From the NCBI GenBank assembly GCA_002363735.1, contig DEWP01000008.1, positions 1-61,039 of the forward strand: DNA of 61,039 nucleotides, given 5' to 3'. Origin of the DNA: Bacillales bacterium UBA3207 (lineage in GTDB: Bacteria > Bacillota_I > Bacilli_A > RFN20 > CAG-826). How positions within the stretch are numbered: position 1 is the stretch's first letter; every line of letters begins with the position of its first letter. The notes below the pieces were generated by a model. The model saw nothing but the letters and a program-made list of their open reading frames with translations. It did no database searches and was not told the origin of the DNA. The position numbers and the translations under genes are program-made. Below are positions 1 to 8,361 of the stretch, in pieces.

Positions 1-1
1 G

Positions 2-334
2 GAAGAAAAGGGTCTATTGACGATTGATGAGATTAAAGAAGCAGTCAATGAACTATTCGATGTCTCTTACCCAAATCAAATTGATTTTTGTTTCCTTTTT
101 GGTAGCTATGCCAAAGGTACAGCTACTCCTAGTAGTGATATTGATTTGTATATCAATAGTTCATTAACTGGCCTAAACCTCGTCGGTTTAATCGAATCGC
201 TTCGTCAAAGACTCCATAAGAAGATTGATGTCATTCGCCCAAGTGAACTTCTGAACAATGTTTCCTTAGCTAATGAAATCATGAAAACAGGAGTCAAGAT
301 ATATGACAAGATTACATCGAAAAAGCTTTACTAA
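2..334 (+). CDS. Minimal nucleotidyltransferase (MNT/MntA-type antitoxin), 5'-partial
   Basis: FGSYAKG...SDIDL is the GSx10DxD polymerase-beta NTase motif. The frame is open from base 2 (EEKGLLTIDE...), so the gene probably starts before the window. Adjacent to a HEPN gene. Confidence 0.85.
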   Translation, partial: EEKGLLTIDEIKEAVNELFDVSYPNQIDFCFLFGSYAKGTATPSSDIDLYINSSLTGLNLVGLIESLRQRLHKKIDVIRPSELLNNVSLANEIMKTGVKIYDKITSKKLY

Positions 335-624
335 ATATTGACCTAGTTATTGAGTATACCAAAGGCAAAACATATAAAGAGATGTTTTCTAATCAAATAA
401 ATGCTGATGGGATTTGCTTTCGATTAGTTCAAGTGATTGAACAAATTAAAAATCTCCCATCAGCATTCTTTGATTCTCATAGAGAGATTCCTTGGAACAA
501 CATCATTGGATTTCGAAACAGGATTGTCCATGATTATGGATCAACCGATTATTCAACTGTCTACGAAGTTGTAACAGTGGATATCTACCAACTAAAAGAA
601 ATATTAACTAAAGCACTACATTAA
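307..624 (+). CDS. HEPN/DUF86 (HepT-like) RNase toxin; start codon uncertain or frameshifted
   Basis: IPWNNIIGFRNRIVHDY carries the Rx4H HEPN motif. The frame is open back to 307 (QDYIEKALLNIDLVIEYTKG), but the first in-frame ATG is at 382. Confidence 0.8.
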   Translation, partial: QDYIEKALLNIDLVIEYTKGKTYKEMFSNQINADGICFRLVQVIEQIKNLPSAFFDSHREIPWNNIIGFRNRIVHDYGSTDYSTVYEVVTVDIYQLKEILTKALH

Positions 625-673
625 GATAAAGGAAGTCACTTGAACTAATTCTCCATGTGACTTCCTTTATCTT
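623..673 (+). terminator. Intrinsic terminator after the MNT-HEPN pair
   Basis: 17-bp perfect inverted repeat aagataaaggaagtcac/gtgacttcctttatctt right at the stop codon. Confidence 0.8.
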
Positions 674-691
674 TATATATAATTTAGATAT

Positions 692-1180
692 ATGCACCTC
701 GCGCATACATTTCCTATTTATATAAATAAAGACTCCAAGGTCTTATTCCTTGGATCTTTTCCTTCGGTGAAATCAAGAGAACAAAACTTCTATTATGGAC
801 ATCCGCAAAATAGATTCTTTAAAGTCTTAGGAAAGATCTTTCATGAGGATGTCCATAATGAAGTTAAAGATAAGAAAAAATTCTTAAAGAAATATCACAT
901 TGCTTTATATGATGTGATTGAAGAATGTGATATTGAAGGAAGTCAGGATTCCTCGATTAGAAATGTCACTCCGATTGATTTAAAAAAGATCTTAAATGAA
1001 TACCCAAATATTAAATCAATCGGAGTGAATGGAAAGAAAGCATCTTCTTTATTTAAGAAGCACTTAGAGAAGGATTGTGGTGGTGTAGTGGTATATTATC
1101 TTCCATCTACTTCTCCAGCGAATGCGAAGACATCTTTAGAAGAATTAGTGAAAGAATATTCAAAATTGTTTCAAAAATAA
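692..1180 (+). CDS. DNA-deoxyinosine (hypoxanthine) glycosylase, UDG superfamily
   Basis: Motifs LGSFPSVKSR, YYGHPQNRF, GSQDSSIR and LPSTSPANA. Confidence 0.88.
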   Translation: MHLAHTFPIYINKDSKVLFLGSFPSVKSREQNFYYGHPQNRFFKVLGKIFHEDVHNEVKDKKKFLKKYHIALYDVIEECDIEGSQDSSIRNVTPIDLKKILNEYPNIKSIGVNGKKASSLFKKHLEKDCGGVVVYYLPSTSPANAKTSLEELVKEYSKLFQK

Positions 1181-1317
1181 AATATTTAGGAATTGCTGGT
1201 GATTTTGTCAAACAACATATGCAAAACTCTAATATTTTATTTTTTGAAAAAAATTGGTCTAAATAATTTTTGTTTACGTAAAATACATGTATTCACGTAT
1301 AATATACACACGCACCT

Positions 1318-1926
1318 ATGAAGACACATCAGAAGATTTATCTTCCATTTAAAAGACTAATTGGTATCTTTGGTTCCTTAGTTGGAATCATTGTCTGTTT
1401 TGTTTTGCTTTGGTGGTGGGTTATTCCTGTTAATGCAATTGTTACTAAAGGACATCCTTTTTTTGTGCAAGAAAGATACGGGAAGAAACAAAAAGTTTTT
1501 AAGATGATCAAGTTTAGATCAATGAAGTTAGATGCTGATCCTAATTTAGCACCAAGCGATATGGATGAAACTAAACAAAAGTCTATGGATACTGGCTTTG
1601 GTAAATTTTTAAGAAAGACCTCCATTGATGAAACGCCTCAATTATTAAATATTTTTATTGGTCAAATGGCTTTTATTGGTCCTAGACCTGGTAGTGCGCA
1701 TAACGAAGAATTTTTAAGAGAATGTAGATTAAAATACACTCCGAATGCGTATGATGTTAAACCTGGTATTAGTGGATATGCTCAAATCAAAATGAAAAGA
1801 GAACACGATCCTGAATTTAAAGCAAAATGGGATCACGAATATGCTAGAAGAATGTCTTTTGTGTTTGATGCCGGCATTTTCTTTTATACAATTTTGAAAT
1901 TGTTTGGTGCAGTTAAAGGAAGATAA
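1318..1926 (+). CDS. Priming phosphoglycosyl transferase (Bac_transf sugar transferase)
   Basis: Motifs FKRLI, MIKFRSM, GKFLRKTSIDETPQLLNI, GPRP, VKPGISGYAQ. Confidence 0.92.
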   Translation: MKTHQKIYLPFKRLIGIFGSLVGIIVCFVLLWWWVIPVNAIVTKGHPFFVQERYGKKQKVFKMIKFRSMKLDADPNLAPSDMDETKQKSMDTGFGKFLRKTSIDETPQLLNIFIGQMAFIGPRPGSAHNEEFLRECRLKYTPNAYDVKPGISGYAQIKMKREHDPEFKAKWDHEYARRMSFVFDAGIFFYTILKLFGAVKGR

Positions 1927-1938
1927 AAGAGACATATA

Positions 1939-3027
1939 ATGGCGATCTTTGGTTTGTATTTATTGTCTATTGTTTGCTTTGGGCTTACACTTCGCCCAAA
2001 CAAAAAGGAAAATACTTTTCTTGACAAGAATTTTTCTAATTCTATTAGAACTCTTTTCATTTTTTTTATTATCTTGTCACATATTGTCGGTTTTTATATT
2101 TCAAAATATGAAGGTGTTTTGTCGAATGAATTATATCTTTTTAGGAATTTCATGGGTCAAATCATCGTCACACCGTTTTTCTTTATTTCTGGATTTGGCA
2201 TTTTTGAAGCTTATAAGAGAAAAGGCAATGACTATAATAAAGAAATATTTTTTAATCATTTTTTAAAAATCCTATTATTCACAACAATATGTTTGGTGCC
2301 TTATTTGATTTATGACTTAGTTGTGTATGGGCCAAAACCTTTTTATCATTATTTATTATGTCCATTTGGAATAACCTCTTTAGGTAATGAACATTGGTTC
2401 ATTTTCGCCATATTATTTGTATATTTACTTACATTTTTTATTGGCTTATTTATCAAAAATAATATATTCATAAAACTTGTTTTAATAACAGCTGGGTGTA
2501 TTGGCTACATTATAGTTTGCGTTATATTAGGATTAGAATCATACTTTTACAACACAATCATTGCTTTTCCGCTTGGAGCAATTGTTTCTATTTTCAAAAA
2601 TAAAATTATTCTTTTATTGAGGAAAGCGCCAGTTGCAATAGCTACTTTAGCCATATCAATTATTTTATATTCTTTATCTACTTACTTGGATTGGAAAGGT
2701 TTAATGCCAGATCATATTGATTATTTTTTGAGAAATGTATTTTTTGTCATCGGTTTAGTTTCATTCTCAAGATTGTTTACTGCAAAAGCATCTATCCTGC
2801 AGTATTTCGGTATTAATTCTTGGCCGCTATATTTATTACATATGCTCCCAATTCTTTTGTTTAGAGAATTAATACCTAATCATTCTGCTTTTTATGTTAC
2901 TTGTTTTTTTGTTTCTTTGCTGTTGACTATCCCATTTTCAATTTTATTCAATCTCATTTCAAAAAAAGTATTCATTAAAAAACGCTCAATGGAAACCCTA
3001 GAGGCCCGGAATGAAAAAACAAATTAG
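1939..3027 (+). CDS. Acyltransferase-3 family membrane O-acyltransferase
   Basis: About 10 TM segments; IRTL...SH, FFFISGFG, WFI and GINSWPLYLLH motifs. Confidence 0.8.
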   Translation: MAIFGLYLLSIVCFGLTLRPNKKENTFLDKNFSNSIRTLFIFFIILSHIVGFYISKYEGVLSNELYLFRNFMGQIIVTPFFFISGFGIFEAYKRKGNDYNKEIFFNHFLKILLFTTICLVPYLIYDLVVYGPKPFYHYLLCPFGITSLGNEHWFIFAILFVYLLTFFIGLFIKNNIFIKLVLITAGCIGYIIVCVILGLESYFYNTIIAFPLGAIVSIFKNKIILLLRKAPVAIATLAISIILYSLSTYLDWKGLMPDHIDYFLRNVFFVIGLVSFSRLFTAKASILQYFGINSWPLYLLHMLPILLFRELIPNHSAFYVTCFFVSLLLTIPFSILFNLISKKVFIKKRSMETLEARNEKTN

Positions 3028-4543
3028 CATAGGAATAGTTTTACAATATATACAACTCTCCCTCAGTATTGTTGTTTCTCTTTTGTACACACCGTATATG
3101 ATTAAGATACTGGGGCAATCTGAGTATGGATTATACAACTTATCATCTTCTATAATTTCGTATTTATCTCTAATCTCATTAGGACTTGGTTCTAGCTATT
3201 TGAGATTTTATTTTATGCAAAGAAAAAATAATCCAGAAAAGGTTAAGAGTTTAAATGGATTATATTTCTTAATGTTTTCTATTATTGGAATCATTGCTCT
3301 TATTGCTGGATTTGTTTTGTCTCAAAATGTCTCTTTATTTTTTAATGAAACGTATTCTAGTTCAGATAAAAGAATAGCGTCAGTATTGATGATTTTTCTT
3401 ACAATAAATTTAGCCATATCACTTCCAATGAATGTTTTTGTTGGATATGTTATGAGTCAAGAAAAATTCATTTTTCTAAAACTTATTAATATAGTAAAAA
3501 CAGTTCTTTCTCCAGCTATTTCCATAGTTGCTCTTTTGCTTGGTTATGGTTCTATTGGACTTGTTTTTATTTCTACAGCCATTTCTATTGTTGCTGACAT
3601 AATAAATATTTTTTACTGTTTTAAGGTTCTTAAAATGCCGTTTTCATTCAAGAAGATGGATTTGTCGTTAGTAAAACCAATCTTTGTATTCTCAATTTTT
3701 ATAGCAATTAATCAACTCGTTGACCAAATCAATTGGCAAACTGACAAGGTTTTGCTAGGAAAAATGATCTCAAGCGTGGCTGTTTCTATTTATGCTATTG
3801 GTGCTACATTCAATAATTATTTTATGATGTTTGGTACATCTGTTTCATCGGTCTTTGTTCCGGGTGTTAACGCTATTGTTCAATCAGATTTTGATGAAAA
3901 AGTAATAAATGCAAAACTTACTGAGTTGATGATTAAAGTTGGTAGATTGCAATTTATGGTTTTAGGACTAGTTCTTAGTGGGTTTATTATATTCGGGCAA
4001 ACCTTTATAAGACTTTGGGTTGGAAGCGATTTTGATCTTAGTTACTTCGTTGCAATTTTATTAATGGTACCATTATTGCCTGATTTGCTGATGACTTTAG
4101 GAATAGAAGTTCAAAAAGCAAAAAACCTTCATAAATTTAGAAGTTTTTTATATCTTGGGATGGCTATAGTTAATGTTGGAATATCAATTTTGTTAGTAAA
4201 AGCACTTGGTATTATTGGTGCAGCTCTTGGGACATCTATTTCATTTGTTTTAATTAACGATATAGTAATGACTATTTATTATCATAAAAAGGTCAAAATA
4301 GATATGGTTAAATTTTGGATCTCTATTTTAAAAATGTTTACTTGTTTAATCTTTCCTGTTGTATTAGGTATTGGATTAAATAGGTTACTTCCAAAAACAC
4401 TTTCGATGTTTATAGTTGGACTAATTATTTATACAATAATGTATGTCATATCTTTATATTTTCTTGGCATGAATGAATCTGAAAAAAGTGCATTTAGCAA
4501 TTTTTTAAAAAAAATAAAAATGAATAAGGACAAAAAACAATGA
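3011..4543 (+). CDS. wzx: Wzx-type oligosaccharide flippase
   Basis: Polytopic 510 aa; TPYMIKILGQSEYGLY, DKVLLG, LGIIGAALGT. Confidence 0.88.
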   Translation: MKKQISIGIVLQYIQLSLSIVVSLLYTPYMIKILGQSEYGLYNLSSSIISYLSLISLGLGSSYLRFYFMQRKNNPEKVKSLNGLYFLMFSIIGIIALIAGFVLSQNVSLFFNETYSSSDKRIASVLMIFLTINLAISLPMNVFVGYVMSQEKFIFLKLINIVKTVLSPAISIVALLLGYGSIGLVFISTAISIVADIINIFYCFKVLKMPFSFKKMDLSLVKPIFVFSIFIAINQLVDQINWQTDKVLLGKMISSVAVSIYAIGATFNNYFMMFGTSVSSVFVPGVNAIVQSDFDEKVINAKLTELMIKVGRLQFMVLGLVLSGFIIFGQTFIRLWVGSDFDLSYFVAILLMVPLLPDLLMTLGIEVQKAKNLHKFRSFLYLGMAIVNVGISILLVKALGIIGAALGTSISFVLINDIVMTIYYHKKVKIDMVKFWISILKMFTCLIFPVVLGIGLNRLLPKTLSMFIVGLIIYTIMYVISLYFLGMNESEKSAFSNFLKKIKMNKDKKQ

Positions 4544-5184
4544 GTTTAAAGAAGCATCTACAAAAGCATAATTTTACATACTTCATTTCTAATCTATTTT
4601 CGCACAATAAAATAAGTAATGGAGTTAAAAAAGCTTTTGAGATTGGAAAATTTGTTTCATTGAAACACTGCAATGTGTTTGGATCGTTACATAATAAGAT
4701 TATTATCGGAGAACATTCAACTTTACACAATGTCTCTATCTGCATAAAAGGCAACAATAACATTATAAGAATTTGCGAAAATAACGAGATTACTGATTCT
4801 GAAATTGTGATTGTGGGGAATAATTGTTTGATTGAAATTGGAAAAAAATGCTCAATCCATAATTCGAGACTATATTGTGGCGATTATAACAAATCGTTGA
4901 AAATAGGCGACGATTGTTTGATTGGATTTGGAACGACAATAATGACATACGATGCCCATTCAATCATCAATATAAACGGTGAGAAAATAAATCAAGCTGG
5001 AAATATATTGATATGCAATCATGTTTGGCTTGCTTCAAATGTCACGGTTCTTTGTGGTGCGGTTATTAATGAAAACAGCGTTGGTGGCGCTGGGTCATTT
5101 TTAAAAAACAAAACCATTCCTTTGGGCTCTGTTTTTGTTGGGAATGGCCGTATAATAAAAACAAATATTAATTGGGAGCGTTAG
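4540..5184 (+). CDS. Left-handed beta-helix O-acetyltransferase
   Basis: Hexapeptide repeats; DAHSI...INQAGNILICNHVWL...VFVGN. Confidence 0.8.
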   Translation: MSLKKHLQKHNFTYFISNLFSHNKISNGVKKAFEIGKFVSLKHCNVFGSLHNKIIIGEHSTLHNVSICIKGNNNIIRICENNEITDSEIVIVGNNCLIEIGKKCSIHNSRLYCGDYNKSLKIGDDCLIGFGTTIMTYDAHSIININGEKINQAGNILICNHVWLASNVTVLCGAVINENSVGGAGSFLKNKTIPLGSVFVGNGRIIKTNINWER

Positions 5185-5187
5185 ATT

Positions 5188-6093
5188 CTACAAAAACAAT
5201 TTTGTTATAAAGTTAAAATAATATGTCAGTATGTTTTTGAATGTCCATTTAACATATTGTTTGTTCAGCTTTATAAAATCCTTACTTTCTTTATAAACGT
5301 TTGTGTTTTTATTTGAATATTTTAGATTGCTAAAAGCATGATAACATGCTTTTTTTGATAAAGGTTCAATCGCTTTATCAATATTATTATTTTTCGCATA
5401 TTCCAATCTTTCCAAGAAAGCATAAAACGTATCGCTAGCTATTTGTTTTTTCTTTGTTGAATGTGTAATGCTGTCTTTTCTCATCAAATAGTAATACATA
5501 GTGGAATCAATGAATCTAATGCTTTTTGATTTATAAAAAATTTTGTATGTCCAATACAAATCTTCGAAAACAACATTTTCTTTAAATGGTACGTTTGAAA
5601 TAATTTCAACTTTATACACATTTTTACAGGCTTGATTTCCTATTTCATCCGTCAGAATATGGAATTGTATTTCATCTATATTATCAAATTTAGGTTCTTG
5701 TTCGTTCTTTTCTACGCCATCGTTAACAGAGGTTAAATTGAATCTTATCAAATCTGGCTGGTGGACTATTTCTTTTTTAATATTGGAAATAAAGTTTGAA
5801 GATACATAATCATCTGAATCTACAAAAGCGATGTACTTTCCTGAAGCATATTTAAGTCCAAAATTTCTGGCTGAACTTAACCCGCCATTATTTTTTTTAA
5901 TTTTTTTAATACTATTTGGGTAATGTAAGACATATTCATCTACAATTTTTGACGAATTATCGGTTGATCCGTCATCAATCACGATGATTTCACAATTTTC
6001 TAGCGATTGGTTAATAAAACTATCTAGACACTTAGCGATGTATTTCTCAACGTTGTAAAGTGGAATAATTATCGACAAAACAGTTTCTTCCAT
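5188..6093 (-). CDS. Glycosyltransferase family 2
   Basis: SIIIPLYNVEKY, DDGSTD, NGGLSSARN, FVDSDD, FEDL. Confidence 0.92.
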   Translation of the reverse strand: MEETVLSIIIPLYNVEKYIAKCLDSFINQSLENCEIIVIDDGSTDNSSKIVDEYVLHYPNSIKKIKKNNGGLSSARNFGLKYASGKYIAFVDSDDYVSSNFISNIKKEIVHQPDLIRFNLTSVNDGVEKNEQEPKFDNIDEIQFHILTDEIGNQACKNVYKVEIISNVPFKENVVFEDLYWTYKIFYKSKSIRFIDSTMYYYLMRKDSITHSTKKKQIASDTFYAFLERLEYAKNNNIDKAIEPLSKKACYHAFSNLKYSNKNTNVYKESKDFIKLNKQYVKWTFKNILTYYFNFITKLFL

Positions 6094-7040
6094 GTTTTTC
6101 TTAGAAATGCCTCTATTTTTCTACTATATTTTTGTATTGAACAATTCCAACCCATAATACTAAAAACTTTTCTACTATATTTTTTATTTTCTCTAATTGC
6201 TGATGGGTGGTTTAAAATTTCCAATTCGTAATTATTCATTAGGAAAAGCTTTTGAATTCTTTTTGGCAAATAATCTATAGAAGTAGAAGAATGTGTTCCT
6301 CCTTCGGGATTATTACCAATATTTACTATTAAATTGAGCCTTGGAACAATTGTGAGCTGATTATTTACTAGTGAATTATAAATCAGAATAGATTCATAAT
6401 GTTCTTTCTTGCTTTTGATGTGATTTTCGATTGCATCACATAGAACTTTCATCGGGAAGCACTTGCTATATTTTTTAGAGAATTTCTTTCTTCCAAGTTT
6501 AAGAAATTCTGTGTAATTTGTATCCCAATTATCAACAACTCTTTTCCAGGTTGCCCAACCCCATATTGAACAATTCTTAGTGAAAAGATAATCTTCAGAT
6601 ATTTTAGTTTGCTCTTCATGATTCATTCCTGAAATAATACTTATTTCTTTGGAAAATTCGTATTTATCTAGTAGTAAGGTACAATAAGTAAAAAAAGACA
6701 GCGATGGTAAATCATCATCTTCTAAAATGATACATTTATCAACAATTGAGAAAGCCCATTTTTGAGCTATATACTCAGATGGATCACAGCCAAAATTCTT
6801 TTCTTGATAGTACTTATAAACTGTACATTCCCAATCAACATTGTTAACTATTTCTCTACATTCCTTGATTTTGTCTTTTTCATTTTTTCCTTCTCGTGGG
6901 CCATCTTGATAAAGAAGTAATATTTTCGGCTTTGCTTTTTTGACTTGTTCGAATATCTTCGATAATGTTTTTGGACGATTAAAGAAAATTAATAACACTG
7001 GGGCTGTTTCGACTTTAGCTTCACTGACAATTTTATCCAT
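6069..7040 (-). CDS. GT-A fold glycosyltransferase (HlpA-like nucleotide-diphospho-sugar transferase)
   Basis: FFNRP, QDGPR, ILEDDD, IWGWATW, NLIVNIG. Confidence 0.8.
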   Translation of the reverse strand: MDKIVSEAKVETAPVLLIFFNRPKTLSKIFEQVKKAKPKILLLYQDGPREGKNEKDKIKECREIVNNVDWECTVYKYYQEKNFGCDPSEYIAQKWAFSIVDKCIILEDDDLPSLSFFTYCTLLLDKYEFSKEISIISGMNHEEQTKISEDYLFTKNCSIWGWATWKRVVDNWDTNYTEFLKLGRKKFSKKYSKCFPMKVLCDAIENHIKSKKEHYESILIYNSLVNNQLTIVPRLNLIVNIGNNPEGGTHSSTSIDYLPKRIQKLFLMNNYELEILNHPSAIRENKKYSRKVFSIMGWNCSIQKYSRKIEAFLRKTWKKLFCR

Positions 7041-7094
7041 AATTAAATATTTTTAACTAAATGAGTTTATTATAGTATATTATAATAATCAATA

Positions 7095-8348
7095 ATGAAG
7101 AAAGTTAATTTTAAAAACATATTGAGCTTCATAAAAATACCATCTGTTATTTTGATTGTTTTTACTGTATTTTTAACTACTGTTGGTCTAATATCTGCCA
7201 AAGAAATGAATATTCCCATTGCAATCAACAATGAAGAAGAATTTTATGATCGCATAAATGCGGATTTGTCTGGCTATTTTGTTATCAAACAACAATTCAC
7301 TTTTTCAAAGCCGATCAAACCTATTGGAGATAAAAATCATCCGTTCAAAGGCATGATTAGCGGAGCTGGGTTTAGTATTAATGGAATGGAAATAGATTTA
7401 AATGCTTATGACGATAGTCATGTTCTTGATGGAAAACTTTACACAGGACTTTTTCCATTCAATGAAGGCATTATCATGGATGTTAATTTTGGTGGCGTGA
7501 AATTCACTAATTTTGATAATAATTCTTCTGAAAAATATAAAGAAATTATTTGTGGTTCTATTTGTGGAAGAAATGATGGTAAGATTACTAGATGTTTTAT
7601 TTCTGGATACAATATCCCTCTAACTGTTGATTGTGATGAATTTATTTTTGGTTCAATTGCTGGGATAAACTGTGGTGAAATGAGACTATGTACCATGCCA
7701 CAAAATATCAATATAAGTGGGAAAGCAAAGCTTATCACTGCAGGCGGACTTTCTGGTAAGAGCAATGGAGGATTCTTTGATAAATGCTCTAGAAAAGGAT
7801 GGATATTAACAAATAATCTTGAATGCAATCTCACCACAATTGGCTGCCTGTGTGGTGAGTCAGAGAAAAGCAGATTTGAAAATTGCTGTGTATATAACGG
7901 ATATGATGACAATGTTGGTTTGAACGAAGATGCGAATTCAACATTTGTTTTGGGTGGCTTTGTCGGAAAAATTAGTGGAGAATGCAGTATAGTCAATTCT
8001 TATTCCAATGTTACAATAGCAGTCAGAAATTCTCCATCAACAAAAGCTGGTTTTTTGTTTGGGTGCGCAGATGGAAATGCCGCAATAAAAAATGTTGTCG
8101 TAAACGGGAGAATAAATATTTATTCGGATGGTGGCAATCTTATTGGTGATGCTGGCATATTTGATTCAGAAATACGTTTTTCTTCTAAAAACAGTTATCG
8201 GGTGGAAACAGCATCTTTTTTTCCAGCTGCTAGTGAAGAATATCTAAAGTTAATTGAAATCGATTCGAAAGTGTTAAATTTAAATATGCTTGGATGGGAT
8301 TCCAACATATGGAATATTCAAGACGGGGTGATTAATTTTGTTGTCTAA
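7095..8348 (+). CDS. Membrane-anchored/secreted GLUG-repeat-like beta-solenoid protein
   Basis: N-terminal TM; PIG...F.G...G.G..I motif; repeated GSICGRNDG, GSIAGINCG, GGLSG, GGFVG. Confidence 0.65.
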   Translation: MKKVNFKNILSFIKIPSVILIVFTVFLTTVGLISAKEMNIPIAINNEEEFYDRINADLSGYFVIKQQFTFSKPIKPIGDKNHPFKGMISGAGFSINGMEIDLNAYDDSHVLDGKLYTGLFPFNEGIIMDVNFGGVKFTNFDNNSSEKYKEIICGSICGRNDGKITRCFISGYNIPLTVDCDEFIFGSIAGINCGEMRLCTMPQNINISGKAKLITAGGLSGKSNGGFFDKCSRKGWILTNNLECNLTTIGCLCGESEKSRFENCCVYNGYDDNVGLNEDANSTFVLGGFVGKISGECSIVNSYSNVTIAVRNSPSTKAGFLFGCADGNAAIKNVVVNGRINIYSDGGNLIGDAGIFDSEIRFSSKNSYRVETASFFPAASEEYLKLIEIDSKVLNLNMLGWDSNIWNIQDGVINFVV

Positions 8349-8361
8349 AGTTAGAAAAATA

